This document shows, piece after piece, positions 9,665-22,372 of a stretch of 52,994 bases of DNA. The DNA lies in the NCBI GenBank assembly GCA_963708025.1, contig CAVPSB010000048.1, positions 1 to 52,994 of the forward strand, read 5' to 3'. The notes beneath the pieces were generated by a model. The model saw only the letters and a list, made by a program, of their open reading frames with translations. It was not told where the DNA came from and did not search any database. The first letter of the stretch is position 1. Each line of letters starts with the position of its first letter. The translations under genes were made by a program, and so were the position numbers. The DNA comes from an uncultured Candidatus Rokubacteria bacterium (GTDB lineage Bacteria; Methylomirabilota; Methylomirabilia; Rokubacteriales; DASRDR01).

Positions 9665-11784
9665 GTGACGGAGCGAGAGGCCGGCTCGACCGGAGGTGCC
9701 GCGGCGCCGAGGCTCGCCGACCTCCTCCCGATCGAGCCCGAGTGGGGGCGGGTGGAGCCGGTCTCCCGGATCGGACCCCCGATCCGGGTGTCGGCGGGAA
9801 CCTGGGAGCTGCCGACCTCCGCCGGCGCCCTGCGCGTCACCGCGCTCGCCGCGGGGGTGCGCCTGCGCCTCGGCGCGAGCGGGCGGCCCGTCTATCCCAT
9901 CCTGGTCGGCGAGCCGACCGAGCGTGCCGCGACGGTCGCCGAGCGCGACGGGGCCGTCGTCCTGGCCTGGGACGACTTCACCCTGAGCCTCGGCGCGCGG
10001 CCTCTGTGGTTCCGGCTCGAGCGGCAGGGGCGCGTGGTGCAGAAGAGCCCCGGCGACGGCCACTTCGCCCGCGAGTTCCGCCTGCCGCCCTTCGCCCGGC
10101 TGGACGGGGGGTGGCTCGCCTCCTTCGAGCTGGTCTCGGGCGAGCGGATCTACGGCCTGGGCGAGAAGTGGGGCCCCCTCGACAAGCGGGGCCAGCTCGT
10201 CAGGTCCCTCACCTTCGACGCGCTCGGCGTCAACGGCGAGCGCTCCTACAAGAACTGCCCGCTGGCCTGGTCGCCCCGGGGGTGGGGGGTGTTCCTGCAC
10301 ACGCCCGCCCCGGTGACGCACGCCGTCGGACACCCGCTGTGGTCGCAGCGCGCCTATGTCGTCGCGGTGGAGGACGACGAGCTCGACGCGTTCGTGCTGG
10401 CGGCGGACGGGCCGGCGGAGATCATCCGGCGCTACACGGACCTGACGGGGCGCGCCGCGCTGCCCCCCTTGTGGTCACTGGGCGCGATCCTCTCCCGTGC
10501 GTACTACCGGACCGCGGAGGAGGTCCTCGCCACGGCCCGCGAGGTCCGGGCGCGGCGGATGCCCTGCGACACGATCACCTTCGACGGCCGCGCCTGGCAG
10601 GACACCGAGACCCGCTTCCACTTCGGCTGGGATGCCCGCCGGTACCCGGATGTGCGTCCGGTGCTGGCGGAGCTGAAGGCGCTCGGGTTCCGCATCTGCG
10701 TCTGGGAGTATCCGCTCGTGTCGCTGAGATCCCCGCACTACGCGGAGCTGGCGGCACGCGGCTACCTCTTGCGGGACCGGCGCACGGGCGGGCCGTACGT
10801 CTACCGCTTCGACCCCGAGCCGTTCGGCTCGGTGCTGACGCAGCTCCCGCCGTCCGGTCTCGTCGACTTCACGAATCCGGACGCCTGTCGGTGGTGGAAG
10901 GACGCCCACCGGGCCCTGTTCGACCTCGGCGTCGACATGATCAAGAGCGACTTCGGGGAGCAGGTCGAGAGCGACGAGATCGTGGCCGCCAACGGCGACA
11001 CCGGCCGCCGGCTCAGGAACGTCTACTCGCTGCTCTACAATCGGTGCGTCTACGACGCCGCGACGAGCTACGCGCGGGACGGCGCCTTTCTGTTCCAGCG
11101 GGCGGGATGGGCGGGGAGTCATCGCATCCCGTCCGCGTGGGGCGGCGACCCGCAGGCGGACTTCGAGGGCCTGGCCGCCTCGATCCGGGGCGCGCTCTCG
11201 TGGGGTCTCTCCGGAGGGCCGTTCTTCGCCACCGACGTCGGCGGGTTCTATCGCGACGCGCGCGATCCCGAGCTGTACGCGCGCTGGGCGCAGACCGGGG
11301 TCTTCGCCGCGCACATGCGCTTCCACGGGGTCGGGGCCCGCGAGCCGTGGAGCTACGGACCCCGGGCCGAAGCCGTGGTGCTGGCGGCGCTCCGCTGGCG
11401 GTACCGGCTGCTCCCGTACCTCTGGTCGGCGATGCAGGAGGCGGTAGCGACGGGCCTGCCGGTGCAGCGGGCCATGGTCCTGGCGTTCCCGGACGACCCC
11501 GCCGCCCACGCGTTCGACACGCAGTTCATGCTCGGTCCCGATCTGCTGGTCGTCCCGTGCCTGGCCTCCGGTGGGCGGGTCACCGGCTACCTGCCCCCGG
11601 GTCGCTGGCGGCGGTTCCCGGAGGGCGGCGCGCCGGTGCCGGGCGGGCGGGTCTTCGCCGAGGAGCTTCCGCTGGAGCGGTGGGCCGTCTTCGCCCGTGA
11701 CGGGGCGGAGATCCCGCTCGGTCCCGACGTGCAGCACGTCGGGGAGCTGGGGGCGAGCCGCGGATCGAGACGATCTGGCGCTGA
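9665..11784 (+). CDS. GH31 glycoside hydrolase (alpha-xylosidase YicI-like); frameshift in a G run near 11750
   Basis: IYGLGEK, SYKNCP, nucleophile motif IKSDFGE, WGGD, RYRLLPY; corrected end ..ETIWR*. Confidence 0.88.
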
Positions 11785-11861
11785 CGCCGGGTCCGGCGAT
11801 CTGCGCGCCTCTGGCCGATCCGCCCCATTCGTGCTTCAATCGGGAGCAGCGAGACCGGCCG

Positions 11862-12622
11862 ATGTTTCCCTACCGCGACGAGAACGAGACGCAGCGGACG
11901 CCCTATGTCACGATGGCGCTGATCGCCGTCAACGTCCTGGTCTGGCTCCTCGTCCAGGGCGCCGGCGTGGCCCTGCCCCTCGCGCGCTCGGTCTGCAACC
12001 TCGGCCTGATCCCCGGCGAGCTGACCCTCGCGCTCCCGCCGGGGACGCGCTTCCCGATGGGAGAGGGGCTGGTCTGCCTGACGGACCCGGGCCGCCAGGT
12101 CTCCCACCTCGTCACCTCGATGTTCCTCCACGGCTCCTGGATGCACCTCCTCGGCAACATGTGGTTCCTCTGGATCTTCGGGAACAACGTGGAAGACTCG
12201 ATGACCCGGCCCCGCTTCGTCGTGTTCTACCTCCTGTCCGGGCTCGCCGCGGCGCTGGCCCAGGTCGCGCTCAGCCCGGCGTCGCCGATTCCGATGGTCG
12301 GGGCGTCGGGCGCGATCAGCGGCGTCATGGGCGCCTACCTGATCCTCTACCCGCGCGTCCGGGTGTTCTGCATGATCCCGCTCGGCTTCTTCTTCACCTC
12401 GGTCGCCCTGCCCGCGTGGACGATGCTGCTCTACTGGTTCCTGATCCAGTTCGTCAGCGGGGTCTTCGGGGGGGCGGCGAAGGCGGCGGCGTCGCCTTCT
12501 GGGCGCACGTCGGCGGGTTCGTCGCCGGCGTCGTCCTCGTCAAGCTCTTCGCAGGGTCGGACTACATCGAGGCCCACCGCGCCCACCACTGGCAGCCCCG
12601 GCGGCTCGCCAGCCGGTGGTGA
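11862..12622 (+). CDS. Rhomboid family intramembrane serine protease; frameshift near 12475
   Basis: SMFLHGSWMHLLGNMWFLWIFG, GASG (catalytic Ser), AFWAHVGGF (catalytic His). Confidence 0.92.
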
Positions 12623-12811
12623 ACCGCACCGCCCCCGCCGGCCGCGGGCGGTGACCGGCCGCGCTCCGGTGAGCGCATCGCGCGACTCCGTTCGGGCATA
12701 GCGCCCGCCGCCCGCGCCGGGGCGGCCGGAGCGGCGACCCGTGAGACAATGAAGAGCCCGCGGACCGGTCCGGGGGTGGCGGATCGGCGGGAACGGGACC
12801 GACGTGACGTC

Positions 12812-14064
12812 ATGCTCAGAAAGACCGCGACGCTCCTGCTGATCGGCGTGCTGGTGGTGGCGGGGGGCGGGTACCTCGTCCGCCGGCACCTCGCCGCCGT
12901 CGAGCCCATCAAGGTCGGGATCCTCCACTCCCTGACGGGCGCCATGGCCGCCAGCGAATCCCCCGTGGTTGACGGGACGCTCCTGGCCATCGAGGAGATC
13001 AACCAGGCCGGCGGACTCCTCGGCCGCCCGATCCGCCCGGTCGTCGTGGACGGGCGGTCCGATCCGGACACCTTTGCCCGGGAAGCCGAGCGGCTGATCA
13101 CCCGCGAGCGCGTGGCCACGGTCTTCGGCTGCTGGACCTCGGCCAGCCGCAAGACCGTCAAGCCGCTGTTCGAGAAGCACGGCCACCTCCTCATCTATCC
13201 GGTGCAGTACGAGGGGCTCGAGGACTCGCCCAACATCGTCTACACGGGGGCCGCGCCCAACCAGCAGCTCATCCCGGGGATCAAGTGGAGCTTCGACCAC
13301 CTCGGCCGGCGGCTCTTCCTGGTCGGCTCCGACTACGTCTTCCCCCGCGCGGCCAACGCGATCATCCGGGACCAGGTCACCGCCTTCGGCGGCGCGGTCG
13401 TGGGGGAGGCCTACGTCCCGCCGGGGAGCCCAGAGGTGGCGTCGGTCGTGGAGCAGATCCGCCGGACGCATCCGGACGTGGTGGTGAACACCATCAACGG
13501 GGTGACGAACGTCCACTTCTTCCGGGCGCTGCGGGCGGCCGGCATCACGCCCTCCGCCATCCCGACGATGTCGTTCAGCTTCGCCGAGCACGAGCTCGCC
13601 AGCCTCGACGCCCGGGCCATGGCGGGCGACTACGCGACGCTGAGCTACTTCCAGAGCATCGATAGCGAGCGGAACCGGCGCTTCGTGGAGAGCTTCCGGC
13701 GGAAGTACGGCGCCGGGCGCGTCACCTCCGACCCGATCGAAGCGGGCTACTTCGGGGTGTACCTGTGGGCTCAGGCGGTCGAGGATGCCGGCACCAGTGA
13801 TCCGGGCGCGATCCGCCGGGCGATCAAGCGGCAGAGCTTCAACGCGCCGGGCGGCATGGTCTACGTGGAGCCCGAGAACCAGCACACGTGGAAGATCGTG
13901 CGGATCGGCCGGATCCGGGCCGACGGCCAGTTCGACATCGTGTGGACCTCGGAGAAGCCGATCCGCCCCGTTCCCTATCCGGTCTACCGCAGCCGCGAGG
14001 ACTGGATGGCCTATCTCGACGGGCTGTACCGCGGGTGGGGAGGGGCGTGGGCGAGCCGCGGCGG

Positions 14065-14068
<4 letters not shown>
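12812..14068 (+). CDS. UrtA/AmiC-like urea/short-amide binding protein
   Basis: [52 protein letters not shown]-terminal hydrophobic anchor. Confidence 0.9.
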
Positions 14069-16169
<2,101 letters not shown>

Positions 16170-16318
16170 TCGGCGGCGACCGGGCGGGGCCGTCCGCCAG
16201 AAAGAGAGCGCCCCGCGGGGTGCTCTGTCTGGTACCGTAGTTCGTTGCGGGGACACCCGGTCGGCCGGCGGGCCAGCGTCGAGACGTGAGCCGCGGCTGA
16301 CCGCGCGGGAGGAGAGAG

Positions 16319-16698
16319 ATGCCGAAGATCCTGCTGGTGGAAGACAACGAGATGAACCGGGACATGCTGTCGCGGCGCCTGGAGCGCCGGGCTATCCAGG
16401 TGGTGATCGCCGTCGACGGGCAGCAGGGCGTCGACCTGGCCCGGTCCGAGGCGCCGGACCTGATCCTGATGGACATGAGCCTGCCGGTCCTCGACGGCTG
16501 GGAAGCCACCCGGCAGCTCAAGGCCAGCAGCCGACACGCGGGCGCATTCCGATCATCGCGCTGACCGCCCACGCCATGGCCGGGGATCGCGAGAAGGCCC
16601 TCGAAGCCGGCTGCGACGACTACGACACCAAGCCGATCGAGCTGCCGCGCCTGCTCGGCAAGATCGAGGCGCTGCTGGCGAACCGGACGAAAGCGTGA
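16319..16698 (+). CDS. Single-domain response regulator; frameshift near 16530
   Basis: [22 protein letters not shown], then [18 protein letters not shown] in another frame. Confidence 0.9.
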
Positions 16699-18345
16699 TG
16701 GACGCCTCCTCGAGCAGCCAGCAGCCCACCGGCCGGCCGCCGGGCGGCGGCGGCTCCGAGCCGGCCCTCGACACCCGCCGGGCCAAGACCGCCTTCCTGG
16801 CCCACGTCCGGCACGAGCTGCGCACGCCGGTCAACGCCATCATCGGCTACAGCGAGATGCTGCTCGAGGATCTGGAGCGGAGCGCTCCCGAGGGATTCGT
16901 CGAGGACCTGAAGAGGATCCACCAGTCGGGCCGGCACGCTCCTCGCGCTGGTCAACGAGATCCTCGACGCCCGCCAAGATCGAGGCCCGGCCCGAGCTGG
17001 ACGTGGAGGCCTTCGGGGCCGAGATCCGGCACGACCTGCGGACCCCCGTCAACGCCGTGATCGGCTACTGCGAGCTGCTGCTGGAGGACGCGAAGGCCCA
17101 GGGCCAGGAAGCGGCGGCCCCCGACCTCGGGAAGATCCACGCGGCGGGCAAGCGCTTCCTGGCGCTCATCGACGACATCGTGAAGATCTCGAAGCCCGAC
17201 ACGGGCCAGGACCACCTCGACCTGGCCGGGGCGCCGGCCTCGAGCATGATCCGCGACGTGGTGACGGCCATCACGCCGCTGGTGTCCGACCAGCCGGGCG
17301 CCACCCCCGGCTGCCTCCTGGTCGTCGACGACAACGAGATCAACCGGGACATGCTCTCCCGGCAGCCTGCAGCGTCAGGGGTACACGGTCATCGCCGCCG
17401 AGGGTGGCCGCCAGGCGCTGGAGCTGCTCGCGCTGGAGCGGTTCGACCTGGTGCTCCTCGACATCATGATGCCCGAGATGAACGGCTTCCAGGTGCTGGA
17501 GCAGCTCAAGGCCGACCCCGACCTCCGGCACATCCCGGTCATCATGATCTCGGCGCTGGACGAGCTGCGACAGCGTGGTCCGCTGCATCGAGATCGGGGC
17601 CGAGGACTACCTGCCCAAGCCGTTCAACCCGGTGCTGCTCAAGGCGCGGATCAACGCCGGCCTCGAGAAGAAGCGGTTCCGCGACCGCGAGGTGATCTAC
17701 CTCCACCGGATCGAAGCGGAGAAGAAGCGCGCGGACGAGCTGCTCCACGTCATCCTCCCCGACGAGATCGTGGAGGAGCTGAAGGCCACCAACGCCGTCA
17801 AGCCCCGGCGGTTCGCCAACGTCGCCGTGCTCTTCTGCGACATCGTCGGCTTCACGCCGTACTGCGAGAAGCGGTCGCCGGAGGAGGTCGTGACGTACCT
17901 GCAGGAGCTGGTCTCCGCCTACGAGACGCTGGCGCTCCGCTACGACCTCCAGAAGATCAAGACCATCGGGGACGCCTTCATGGCGGCGGCCGGGCTCCTG
18001 AAGCCGGTGCCGAACCCCACCCTCAACGCGGTGCAGTGCGGGCTGGACATGATCACGACGGTGCGGCGGATGCCGGCCGAGTGGAACGTCCGGGTCGGCA
18101 TCCACGTGGGGCCGATCATGGCCGGCGTGGTGGGGCACCGCCAGTACCTCTACGACGTCTTCGGCGACACCGTCAACACGGCGGCGCGCTGCGAGAGCCA
18201 CGGGGTGGCGGGTGCGGTCGCCGTGAGCGCGGCCGCCTGGCGGGAGGTCGCCGACCGCTGCCGGGGTGAATCGCTGGGGATGGTGCACGTCAAGGGGAAG
18301 GGCGACATGGAGATCTTCCGGGTGGACGGGCTTCGCGATGGCTGA
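16698..18345 (+). CDS. HisKA-HisKA-receiver-adenylyl cyclase; several frameshifts
   Basis: HELRTP and HDLRTP H-boxes, LLVVDD/LLDIMMP receiver, [32 protein letters not shown]. Confidence 0.85.
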
Positions 18346-18373
18346 CCGGAGCGCCCCGGTTGCCCTTCGCGCG

Positions 18374-18402
18374 TTGACAGGGTGGGATCCCTTCCGTAAG
18401 AT
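18374..18402 (+). promoter_or_regulatory. Sigma-70 promoter of the tRNA cluster
   Basis: TTGACA-17 bp-TAAGAT. Confidence 0.75.
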
Positions 18403-18421
18403 AAGGCCCCGGAGCCAGGAC

Positions 18422-18498
18422 GGTGAGCGTAGCTCAACGGTTAGAGCACTGGACTGTGGCTCCAGGGGTTGAGGGTTCAAATCCCTTCGCTCACCCCA
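18422..18498 (+). tRNA. tRNA-His(GTG), with encoded G-1
   Basis: ctgga-ctGTGgc-tccag; C discriminator; CCA. Confidence 0.96.
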
Positions 18499-18554
18499 GC
18501 CCTCCCCGCGGGGCGCGCCGTCCGACGGAGCGGCCGGCGAGCGGGGCGAGCGGC

Positions 18555-18631
18555 GCGCCCGTAGCTCAGTTGGACAGAGCGACGGACTTCGAATCCGTAG
18601 GTCGCAGGTTCAATTCCTGCCGGGCGTACCA
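18555..18631 (+). tRNA. tRNA-Arg(TCG)
   Basis: acgga-ctTCGaa-tccgt; CCA. Confidence 0.96.
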
Positions 18632-18657
18632 GTGGCGGCGCGGGAGGTCAGGTTCGG

Positions 18658-18734
18658 GCGCCTGTAGCTCAGTTGGATAGAGCGTCGGACTCCGGATCCG
18701 AAGGTCACAGGTTCAAATCCTGTCAGGCGTACCA
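18658..18734 (+). tRNA. tRNA-Arg(CCG)
   Basis: tcgga-ctCCGga-tccga; CCA. Confidence 0.96.
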
Positions 18735-18763
18735 AACTTTCCGGAACGGCGGGATCGCGAAGG

Positions 18764-18839
<76 letters not shown>

Positions 18840-18844
18840 ACAAA

Positions 18845-18878
18845 ATCGGGGGGTTCCAGAGCACCGGAGCCCCCCGAT
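18845..18878 (+). terminator. Hairpin after the tRNA cluster
   Basis: atcggggggttcc...ggagccccccgat. Confidence 0.6.
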
Positions 18879-19059
18879 CCCGTTTCTGCTACCACTTCGC
18901 TACCACCGGCCCCGGCAGGGCCTTCGTCCAGCCGCTCGATGGCCGTCCTGTTCCCCATCGCCGTCGGGATCGACCGTCAGCTGAAATCGAGGCGTGCCCG
19001 AGCCGTCGCTGAACGTAGGCGGGGCTCTCGCCCGGCCCTTGGCCAGCCTGCAGCCGGAC

Positions 19060-19088
19060 TTGACTATATGTCTATATGGTAATATGCT
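19060..19088 (+). promoter_or_regulatory. Sigma-70 promoter with an AT-rich, operator-like spacer
   Basis: TTGACT-17-TATGCT; spacer ATATGTCTATATGGTAA. Confidence 0.65.
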
Positions 19089-19106
19089 CCTCTTCGAGGA
19101 GGCGAT

Positions 19107-20408
19107 ATGACGACGACCACAGCTCTCGCGACGACGCTCGCCATCGAAACGTTCCGGACCCAGCGGGACGGCTGCCTGGGTTACCTGGTGGTGGACGAGG
19201 CCAGCCGCGCCGCGCTGGCGATCGACCCCCGCCTGGATCAGGGCGACCTGTTCGTGGACGCCCTGGCGACCCGTGGCGCGCGGCTGATCTACGTCCTCGA
19301 CACCCACACGCACGCCGACCACCTCTCGGGCGTTCGCGGGCTCGCCCGGCGGACCGGCGCCACGGTGCTCGCGCACGCGGCCTCGAAGCTCAAGGGGCCG
19401 GCCCGACGGATCCACGGTGGCGCGACGTTCGAGCTGGGGACGAAGACGGTGACCGTCATTGATGCCCCGGGCCACACGCCCGACTCGCTGGCCCTGCTCG
19501 TGGACGGCCACCTGTTCACCGGCGACGCCCTGTTCGCCGGCGGCGCCGGGCGCACCGACTTCATGGGGGGCAGCGCGTCCGACCTCTTCGACACGCTGCG
19601 GGCGTTCGCGGCCCTGCCCGAGAACACGATCGTGCACCCGGGCCACGACTACGTCGGTCGCCCGGTCACCACGATCGGCGAGGAAAAGGCCGGGAACCCG
19701 CTCCTCCGCGAGCCCGACCGCGCGGCCTTCGTATCACGGCTCTCCACGAAGGCGTCGCCGCCGGCCAACATGGCCGTGATCCTGCGGCACAACCTCGGGG
19801 AAAGCGACGCGCCGACGATCACGCCGGCAGAGGTGCAGTCGCTCCGCCAGGGGGACCTGGCGCCGTTCCTGCTCGACGTGCGGAGCGCGCTGGAGTTCGG
19901 GAGCGAGCGGATCGAGGGGGCGCGGCTCATCCCCCTGGACGAGCTCGAAGCCCGGGTCGACGAGGTTCCCGGCCAGGCGGAGGTCGTCGTGGTGTGTCGC
20001 ACCGGCGTGCGGGCCACGATCGCGGCCGACGTGCTGGTCCGGGCCGGCCGCCGGCCGCGGGTTCTGGAGGGTGGCATGATCGCCTGGCGGCGGGCGCGAC
20101 TCCCCGTCCGCGAGGGCCGCAAGCGCCTCGCCGTCGACCGCCAGGTGCAGCTGATCGCCGGCGGCATGGTCCTGACCGGCGTGGCGCTCGGGACGCTCTT
20201 CAACCCCTGGTTCCTGACCATCGCGGCGTTCTTCGGGGCGGGGCTGACCTTCGCCGGGGCCACCGGGACGTGCGGGCTGGCCCTCGTCCTCCTGAAGATG
20301 CCCTGGAACCGCCCGATCGCCGTGCCGACGGAGGGCGCGGCGTCGGTGTGCGCCGCGGGCGGCGGAGCGCCCGCGACGTGCGCGGCGCCGACGAGCCTCC
20401 GGAGCTGA
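19107..20408 (+). CDS. Persulfide dioxygenase-like MBL + rhodanese + DUF2892 (YgaP-like) fusion
   Basis: THTHADH, PGHTPD, HPGHDY; rhodanese DVR..EF..IEGA, CRTGVR; RQVQLIAG..FAGATGTCG. Confidence 0.88.
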   Translation: MTTTTALATTLAIETFRTQRDGCLGYLVVDEASRAALAIDPRLDQGDLFVDALATRGARLIYVLDTHTHADHLSGVRGLARRTGATVLAHAASKLKGPARRIHGGATFELGTKTVTVIDAPGHTPDSLALLVDGHLFTGDALFAGGAGRTDFMGGSASDLFDTLRAFAALPENTIVHPGHDYVGRPVTTIGEEKAGNPLLREPDRAAFVSRLSTKASPPANMAVILRHNLGESDAPTITPAEVQSLRQGDLAPFLLDVRSALEFGSERIEGARLIPLDELEARVDEVPGQAEVVVVCRTGVRATIAADVLVRAGRRPRVLEGGMIAWRRARLPVREGRKRLAVDRQVQLIAGGMVLTGVALGTLFNPWFLTIAAFFGAGLTFAGATGTCGLALVLLKMPWNRPIAVPTEGAASVCAAGGGAPATCAAPTSLRS

Positions 20409-20411
20409 CGG

Positions 20412-20753
20412 GTGGCGCGGAGGGCCGCGAAGTCGTCGCTCTCACGCGAGGCGCTGGAGCACCTCGCGCGGCGGTTCCGCGCGCTCGGCGACGCCACCCG
20501 GCTGGCGCTGCTCCAGGCCCTGTTCGACGGGGAGCGCACGGTCCAGGAGCTGTGCGCCTCGACCGGGACGACCCAGGCCAACGCGAGCAAGCACCTGGCC
20601 CTGCTCTTCGAGCAGGGCCTCGTCGCGCGCCGGCGGGATGGCCTCTTCACCCGCTACCGGATCGCGGACCCCACGCTCGAGCGGCTCTGTCGTCTCGTGT
20701 GCGGATCGCTCGCCGAGCGACACGAGGTCGTCCGGGCCCACCTCGCGCCCTAG
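20412..20753 (+). CDS. ArsR/SmtB family regulator
   Basis: FRALGDATRL, QANASKHL, LCRLVC. Confidence 0.9.
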   Translation: MARRAAKSSLSREALEHLARRFRALGDATRLALLQALFDGERTVQELCASTGTTQANASKHLALLFEQGLVARRRDGLFTRYRIADPTLERLCRLVCGSLAERHEVVRAHLAP

Positions 20754-20831
20754 GCTCCTCGCCGCGCACTGATCGCCTCCGGCCTCGCTCGCCGTTCGGG
20801 CCCGCATCGCGGCGAGTGTCGGGCGCGAATC

Positions 20832-20860
20832 TTGACTAAACAAGAAACCTTGATTAGTCT
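20832..20860 (+). promoter_or_regulatory. Promoter with ArsR-type operator
   Basis: TTGACT-17-TAGTCT containing AACAA-N6-TTGAT. Confidence 0.65.
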
Positions 20861-20929
20861 GCGATCGGGATGGAGAGGGTCCAGGCGCCCATTGCTGGCG
20901 AAGCGTCGCCCGGCTGACGTGGATCGATC

Positions 20930-21709
20930 GTGATCACGAGCGAGTCGGCGACTGACCGGTCCGCCCGGGGCGGCCACGCGCACGCGGCTCGGTCGCTCGC
21001 GCGGCGAGCCTCCGCGGAGGGCGTGGGTGCCGCCTTCCTGCTGGCGGCGGTGGTGGGCTCCGGCATCATGGGCGAACGCCTGGCCGGCGGGAACGTCGCG
21101 ATCACCCTCCTGGCGAACACGGTGGCGACGGGAGCGGCCCTCGTCGCCTTGATCCTGGCCCTGGGCCCGATCTCCGGGGCGCACCTGAACCCGGCGGTCA
21201 CGCTCGCCGAGGCCTGGGAGGGCGGGCTGGCGTGGCGCGACGCGCCGCTCTACGTCGCCGCCCAGCTCGTCGGTGCGCTGGCGGGCGTGGGGATCGCGCA
21301 CCTGATGTTCGAGGCGCCGGTCTTCGCCTTCTCGCGCCACGCCCGCGCGGGCCCCGCGCAGCTGCTCAGCGAGTTCGTGGCCACGTTCGGGCTGCTCGCC
21401 GTGATCTGGGGGTGCGCTCGGCCGCGCTCGGCCGCGGCGCCCTTCGCGGTCGGCGCGTACATCACCGCCGCCTACTGGTTCACGGCCTCCACCTCGTTCG
21501 CGAACCCCGCCGTCACGCTGGCCCGGTCGCTCACGGACACGTTCAGCGGGATCCGCCCGGACGACGTGCCCGGCTTCGTGGCCGTCCAGCTCGCGGGCGC
21601 CGCCGCCGCCACCGCCTGGTTCCGGTGGCTCGTGCCCGCGTTGCCGGCGGTCGCCCGACCCCTCGTGATCCCCAGCGGCGCCGGGCCCGGTGAGGAGAAC
21701 CTTCGGTGA
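20930..21709 (+). CDS. MIP/aquaporin, arsenic-associated (AqpS-like)
   Basis: SGAHLNPAVT, WFTASTSFANPAVT; directly upstream of arsC. Confidence 0.9.
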   Translation: MITSESATDRSARGGHAHAARSLARRASAEGVGAAFLLAAVVGSGIMGERLAGGNVAITLLANTVATGAALVALILALGPISGAHLNPAVTLAEAWEGGLAWRDAPLYVAAQLVGALAGVGIAHLMFEAPVFAFSRHARAGPAQLLSEFVATFGLLAVIWGCARPRSAAAPFAVGAYITAAYWFTASTSFANPAVTLARSLTDTFSGIRPDDVPGFVAVQLAGAAAATAWFRWLVPALPAVARPLVIPSGAGPGEENLR

Positions 21710-22104
21710 CGACTGTCCTCTTCGCGTGCACGCACAACGCCGGGCGCTCGCAGATGGCGGTGGCCTTCTTCAACCAGCGGGCCGACCCGCGAAAGGCGCG
21801 CGCGATCTCCGCCGGCACCCGGCCCGGCGAGCGGGTGCATCCGGTCGTCGTCACGGCCATGCGGGAGGCCGGGGTCGATCTCGCGATCGCGCGGCCCCAG
21901 CAGCTGACCCCCGACCTCGCCAGCCAGGCGCAGCTCCTCGTCACGATGGGGTGCGAGGAAGCCTGCCCCATCGTTCCCGGCGCGCGCGTCAACGACTGGC
22001 CGCTTCCGGATCCGAAGGACCAGCCGCTGGAGCGCGTCCGGGCGATCCGGGACGAGATCCGCCAGCGCGTCGAGCAGCTCATTGCCCGAGAAGGCTGGAC
22101 CTGA
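21706..22104 (+). CDS. arsC: Arsenate reductase (LMW-PTP fold)
   Basis: CTHNAGRSQMA, TMGCEEACP, WPLPDP, IRDEI. Confidence 0.9.
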   Translation: MTTVLFACTHNAGRSQMAVAFFNQRADPRKARAISAGTRPGERVHPVVVTAMREAGVDLAIARPQQLTPDLASQAQLLVTMGCEEACPIVPGARVNDWPLPDPKDQPLERVRAIRDEIRQRVEQLIAREGWT

Positions 22105-22372
22105 GGCTGCGCCGTCGCCGTCCGGCCCCGCCAGGCGCGCGGCACTACGGGGCCATCGCCGGCGCCGTTGCCGTCGGCGCCCTGGCCCTGCTGATCGCCG
22201 GCGCGGAGGACCCGAGCGGCCGGTAGCCCTGTCGCAGGCGGCGGCGACCGGCGACGCCGCCGCGACCGGATCGACGGCAGCCACGGATGGACAGCCACGG
22301 ATGGCGGTTGCCGGGACCCGGGGCTTGGCCTATCCTCCCGAACATGCCCTGCCCAAGCAACGCGGAGGACGC

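Noticed and set aside
9542-12622. 1026-aa GH31-rhomboid fusion ORF
   Set aside because: Produced by compensating frameshifts; two separate genes explain the motifs.
20865-20925. Fluoride riboswitch-like start (GGGATGGAG...GCTGA)
   Set aside because: The conserved stem and pseudoknot complement are absent; an ArsR operator explains the regulation.
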